Source: an uncultured bacterium (GTDB lineage: Bacteria; Krumholzibacteriota; Krumholzibacteriia; Krumholzibacteriales; Krumholzibacteriaceae). Taken from it: 64,000 nt of DNA. This document shows, in pieces, positions 60,388 through 64,000 of this stretch; within the stretch, counting starts at the first letter, position 1; each line of letters opens with the position of its first letter. The stretch covers positions 96,001 to 160,000 of the forward strand of contig CAWFAD010000007.1 in the NCBI GenBank assembly GCA_963813815.1, written 5' to 3'. Under the pieces are notes generated by a model. That model was given only the letters and a program-made list of their open reading frames with translations, made no database searches and was not told the DNA's origin. The position numbers and the translations under genes were made by a program.

Positions 60388-61653
60388 ATGGGCGACCGGT
60401 ACTTTCATGACTTCGACTGGCTCGTGCTCCTCTCGGCGGTACTCATCATGGGCCTCGGGCTCCTCACGCTCTATTCGATCGAGCACGTCCCGAGCGAGTT
60501 TCGCGACACGGTCCAGCCGGAACAGACGGGCGCGTTCGGCCGCCAGCTCCTCTGGATCGCCGCCGGCCTCGGCGCGATGGCCGTCGCCTGCTTCATTCCC
60601 TACCGGTACTTCGAGGGGATGGCCGTCGTCATCTACGGCGTCGGCATCCTGCTCCTCATCGCCGTCCTTTTCATGCCCGCCATCAAGGGCTCGCATCGCT
60701 GGATCAATCTCGGGGCCTTCAACCTCCAGCCGAGCGAGTTCATGAAGGTGGCGATCATCTTTCTCCTCGCGCGGTTTCTCGCCGAGAAGCGCAACCGCGC
60801 CGCCGACGTTCGCGTGCTGGCCATATCGGGAATCATAACGCTCGTTCCGTTTCTGCTCGTCATCAAGGAGCCCGATCTCGGATCGGCGCTCGTCTACCTC
60901 GCCCTGCTGTTTCCCATTCTCTACTGGCGCGGGCTCAACGAGAGCCTGCTCATCATGTTCATGACGCCGCTCGTGAGCGCCTTCCTCACCATCTACAGCG
61001 CCACCGCGATGGAGCAGGGAGGGTATCCGCTCCTCCTGCTCCTCTTCTTCATCGTGCTCCTCGTCTACGCGTACCGGCGGCGGGACCTCGCGCGGAGCGT
61101 CACCCTCATCGCGACGAACCTCGGCGTCATGCTCCTCGTGCCGATTGCCTGGAGCCGGTTGCAGCCCTACCAGCAGCAGCGCATTCTCACGTTCCTGCGG
61201 CCCGAGTCGGATATTCTCGGATCGGGATGGCAGGTGTACCAATCGAAGCTCGCGATCGGCTCGGGCGGGTTCATGGGGAAGAAGTTCCTCCACGGCACGC
61301 ACAAGCTGCTCGCCTTTCTGCCCGAGCGCCACAGCGATTTCATCTACTCGGTCATCTCAGAAGAGCTCGGCTTTCTCGGCGGCCTCACCGTGCTGGCCCT
61401 TTTTACCGTCATCATCGTGCGGAGCCTCTACCTCGCCACCAAGGTAAAGAACCGGTTCGCCTCGATCACGGCGATCGGCATTTGCGCGTATTTCGCCTTT
61501 CACGTGATCATCAACATCGGGATGACGACCGGTCTCACGCCCGTGACGGGGCTGCCGCTTCCCTTCATGAGCTACGGAGGGTCCTCGATGGTCGTGAGCT
61601 GTTTTCTCCTCGGCGTGCTGCTCAATTTCAGCATGCGGTTCTACGAATACTGA
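60388..61653 (+). CDS. rodA: Rod shape-determining protein RodA (SEDS family)
   Basis: QPSEFMK, EPDLGSA, AIGSGG, LPERHSDFI, LPFMSYGGSS. Confidence 0.95.
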   Translation: MGDRYFHDFDWLVLLSAVLIMGLGLLTLYSIEHVPSEFRDTVQPEQTGAFGRQLLWIAAGLGAMAVACFIPYRYFEGMAVVIYGVGILLLIAVLFMPAIKGSHRWINLGAFNLQPSEFMKVAIIFLLARFLAEKRNRAADVRVLAISGIITLVPFLLVIKEPDLGSALVYLALLFPILYWRGLNESLLIMFMTPLVSAFLTIYSATAMEQGGYPLLLLLFFIVLLVYAYRRRDLARSVTLIATNLGVMLLVPIAWSRLQPYQQQRILTFLRPESDILGSGWQVYQSKLAIGSGGFMGKKFLHGTHKLLAFLPERHSDFIYSVISEELGFLGGLTVLALFTVIIVRSLYLATKVKNRFASITAIGICAYFAFHVIINIGMTTGLTPVTGLPLPFMSYGGSSMVVSCFLLGVLLNFSMRFYEY

Positions 61654-61666
61654 CGGGAGGCGACCG

Positions 61667-62440
61667 ATGCATCCTGTGCTCGTCGAAATCGGACGGTTGC
61701 GGATCTACTCGTACGGATTCATGCTGGCCCTGAGCTTCTGGGTCGGCATCGTGCTCGCCGCGCGGCGAGCACGCCGCCGGGGCGTCGATCCCGATCGCAT
61801 CTACGATCTCAGCATCGTTCTCATCCTCGCTTCCGTCGTCGGTTCGCGTCTTTTCTACATCCTCACGCACCGGGACGATTACCACAGCTTCCTCGACGTC
61901 GTCGCGCTCTGGCAGGGCGGGGCGACCTTCTACGGCGGATTCTTTCTCGCGCTCGCGCTCGCCGTCGTCTATCTCCGGCGCGCGAAGCTCCCCTTTCTCC
62001 TCGTCGCGGACATTTGCGCCCCATCCATAGCGCTCGGAGATTTCTTCACGCGGATCGGCTGCTTTCTGAGCGGCTGCTGTTTCGGCGTGCCGACCGGCTC
62101 CCCGCTCGGCGTCGTCTTTCCGCCGGGATGCCCGGCGGGATACCACTCTCCGGGCGTCGCCCTGCACCCCGCGCAGCTCTACTCGGCGGCGTTCGGGCTC
62201 GCCCTCGCCGCAACCCTCGTCGCGCTCGAGCGGCGTCGGGCGTACACCGGATTCACCTTCGCGCTCCTGTGCGTTCTCTACGGGGCCGGGAGATTCGCGA
62301 TCGATCTTCTGCGGTATTACGAACCGTCCTCGCGTTTCGGAAGCGTTCTCTCGGTGAGCCAGGCGTCGAGTCTCGCTCTCGTCGCGGCGGGAGCCCTGCT
62401 GCTCGTGATTCTGCCGAGGAGGCGCGGCCCGCGCGAATGA
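61667..62440 (+). CDS. lgt: Prolipoprotein diacylglyceryl transferase
   Basis: IYSYG, WQGG..FYGG, RIGCFLSGCCFG, HPAQLY. Confidence 0.92.
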   Translation: MHPVLVEIGRLRIYSYGFMLALSFWVGIVLAARRARRRGVDPDRIYDLSIVLILASVVGSRLFYILTHRDDYHSFLDVVALWQGGATFYGGFFLALALAVVYLRRAKLPFLLVADICAPSIALGDFFTRIGCFLSGCCFGVPTGSPLGVVFPPGCPAGYHSPGVALHPAQLYSAAFGLALAATLVALERRRAYTGFTFALLCVLYGAGRFAIDLLRYYEPSSRFGSVLSVSQASSLALVAAGALLLVILPRRRGPRE

Positions 62441-62464
62441 CGGAGACCGGGGCGGTGTGGTGCG

Positions 62465-63391
62465 GTGCGGGGTTTTCTCTCATTTCTCGTCGATTCGCTT
62501 CTCCCCGTTTCCTGCCTCGTCTGCGGGCGCGACATCAGCGCGGCCGAGGAGCCCCGTCCGGCTGAGGGATGGATCGGGCCGGGGGGCGTCTATGATCCGG
62601 GCCGCATCACCTTCGAGCCCGTCGCCGGCATCCGGATGCCGGCGCGGGTGCTCTGCCGCGAGTGCTGGGGGCTCCTCGAGCGCCCGCCGGGGCGCTCGAC
62701 CCTCGGCGTCTCCGCCGCGTCCGTTCCGCTCGTTTCGCCCTTCTATACGAACGACGCGCTCCTCTCGCTCGTGCGCTTTCTCAAGTTCGGGGGAGGGAGG
62801 TCCGCCGCGCCCCCGCTCGCGTGGTGGATGGCCGCGTCGTTGCTCGAGCTTCTCGAGCGGGAGCGCGGGGGCGAGCGCGGGAGGACCCTCCTCGTGCCCG
62901 TTCCCCTGCACCCGCGGCGGCTTCGGGAGAGGGGGTACAACCAGGCCCTCCTTCTCGCCGAGGGGGTCGGTCGATGGCTCGGTCTTCGCGTGGAGCCCGA
63001 TACGATCGTTCGCTCGAAGAATACGGCGAGCCAGTCGAAACTCGAGGAAGGCGCCCGGGCCGCGAACGTGCGCGGGGCCTTCCGGCTCGAGGGGCGCGAA
63101 CTCGTTGCCGGGCGTCATATTATACTGGTGGATGATCTCGTCACCACGGGCGAGACTGCCCGGGCGTGTCTCGAGACCATCCTCGCCGCGTCCCCCGCGT
63201 CGTCCGCCGTTCTCGCCGCCGGCAGGGTCCGGGACTCGTGCTTGACAGGGGAGAAGCGATATGCCAGCATTGCCCCTGCGCGATTCGAATCAACGCCAAG
63301 CAAGGGAGGAAACCGTGCTCTCGACGAACAGGGATCTGCTCAAGGCCGCCCGCGACGGAACCTATGGGGTCGGCGCGTTCAACATAAATAA
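62465..63391 (+). CDS. comF: ComF family phosphoribosyltransferase-like protein (true 3' end may be near 63245)
   Basis: CLVC...CREC zinc finger, VPVPLHPRRLRERGYNQ, NVRGAF, LVDDLVTTGET. Confidence 0.85.
   Translation: MRGFLSFLVDSLLPVSCLVCGRDISAAEEPRPAEGWIGPGGVYDPGRITFEPVAGIRMPARVLCRECWGLLERPPGRSTLGVSAASVPLVSPFYTNDALLSLVRFLKFGGGRSAAPPLAWWMAASLLELLERERGGERGRTLLVPVPLHPRRLRERGYNQALLLAEGVGRWLGLRVEPDTIVRSKNTASQSKLEEGARAANVRGAFRLEGRELVAGRHIILVDDLVTTGETARACLETILAASPASSAVLAAGRVRDSCLTGEKRYASIAPARFESTPSKGGNRALDEQGSAQGRPRRNLWGRRVQHK
63242..63270 (+). promoter_or_regulatory. Possible promoter for fba
   Basis: TTGACA-N17-CAGCAT with TG extension, 45 nt before the fba start. Confidence 0.4.
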
Positions 63392-64000
63392 CATGGAGTT
63401 CCTTCAGGCGATAACGGGAGCGGCCGAGGAGCTCTCGAGCCCGGTCATCATCGCGATATCCGAAGGGGCCATCAAGTACGCCGGCTTCAAGAACGTCGTG
63501 AGCATGGTGCACCTGGCCGCGAAGGAGCGCGCTGTCCCGATCTCGCTCCATCTCGATCACGGCAAGGACCTCGAGACGATCGCGAAGTGCGTCGAGGGAG
63601 GCTTCACCTCCGTGATGATCGACGGCTCGGCGCTCCCGTTCGAGGAGAACGTCGCCGTGACGAAAAAGGTCGTCGAGATGGCGAGGCCGAAGGGCGTATC
63701 GGTCGAGGGAGAGCTCGGCAAGCTCGCCGGCATCGAGGATAACGTCTCCGTCGCGGAGCGGGACGCGGCTCTGACCGATCCGGCGCAGGCGGAGGAGTTC
63801 GTTCGGAGAACCGGCGTCGACGCGCTCGCGATCGCGGTCGGCACCTCGCACGGCGCGTACAAGTTCAAGGGGGAGTCGAACCTCGCGCTCGAGCGCATCA
63901 GCGAGATCGCGGCGCGCGTGTCGTGCCTCCTCGTGCTCCACGGGGCCTCGGGCGTGAAGCAGGAGAACGTCGAGATCGCGAACCGGTTCGGCGCTGCTCT
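63315..64000 (+). CDS. fba: Class II fructose-bisphosphate aldolase (partial, runs off the window end)
   Basis: Read manually. GGAGG RBS and GTG start; YGVGAFNINNME, LHLDHG, GFTSVMIDGS, VEGELG, AVGTSHGAYK, LVLHGASG. Confidence 0.93.
   Translation, partial: MLSTNRDLLKAARDGTYGVGAFNINNMEFLQAITGAAEELSSPVIIAISEGAIKYAGFKNVVSMVHLAAKERAVPISLHLDHGKDLETIAKCVEGGFTSVMIDGSALPFEENVAVTKKVVEMARPKGVSVEGELGKLAGIEDNVSVAERDAALTDPAQAEEFVRRTGVDALAIAVGTSHGAYKFKGESNLALERISEIAARVSCLLVLHGASGVKQENVEIANRFGAA

Noticed and set aside
1..64000. Very frequent CTCGAG/TCGA words as a repeat family
   Set aside because: Explained by codon preference (CTC-GAG, ATC-GAG, GTC-GAG) inside coding sequence.

Overview
High-GC chromosome segment from a diderm bacterium. 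Gene content suggests an FCB-associated candidate lineage such as Krumholzibacteriota, Latescibacterota or Eisenbacteria; this is inference only. Almost every gene is on the + strand. Housekeeping blocks are asnS, uvrA, gcvT-H-PA-PB with a lipoate ligase, a peptide ABC transporter, a complete and probably Na+-coupled V/A-type ATPase operon, radC-mreBCD-mrdA-rodA-lgt-comF, and fba. Two things stand out. (1) Two unrelated secreted proteins share only a C-terminal tail, I-x-x-E-x-[ST]-SWGAIKS-[LM]-[FY], a candidate protein-sorting signal; they sit beside a 1216-aa exported TPR protein. (2) An ~18 kb envelope locus encodes a TonB-dependent receptor, a large exported protein with a T9SS-like C-terminal domain, a PorV-like barrel, a GWxTD protein, ExbB-ExbD-ExbD-TonB, TolC/MacAB with two permeases, and a second GWxTD protein. 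This may be an uncharacterised surface display/uptake machine. Several frameshifts, including a dense patch at ~33.5-35.3 kb, look like consensus errors. No rRNA, tRNA, CRISPR array or mobile element was recognised.
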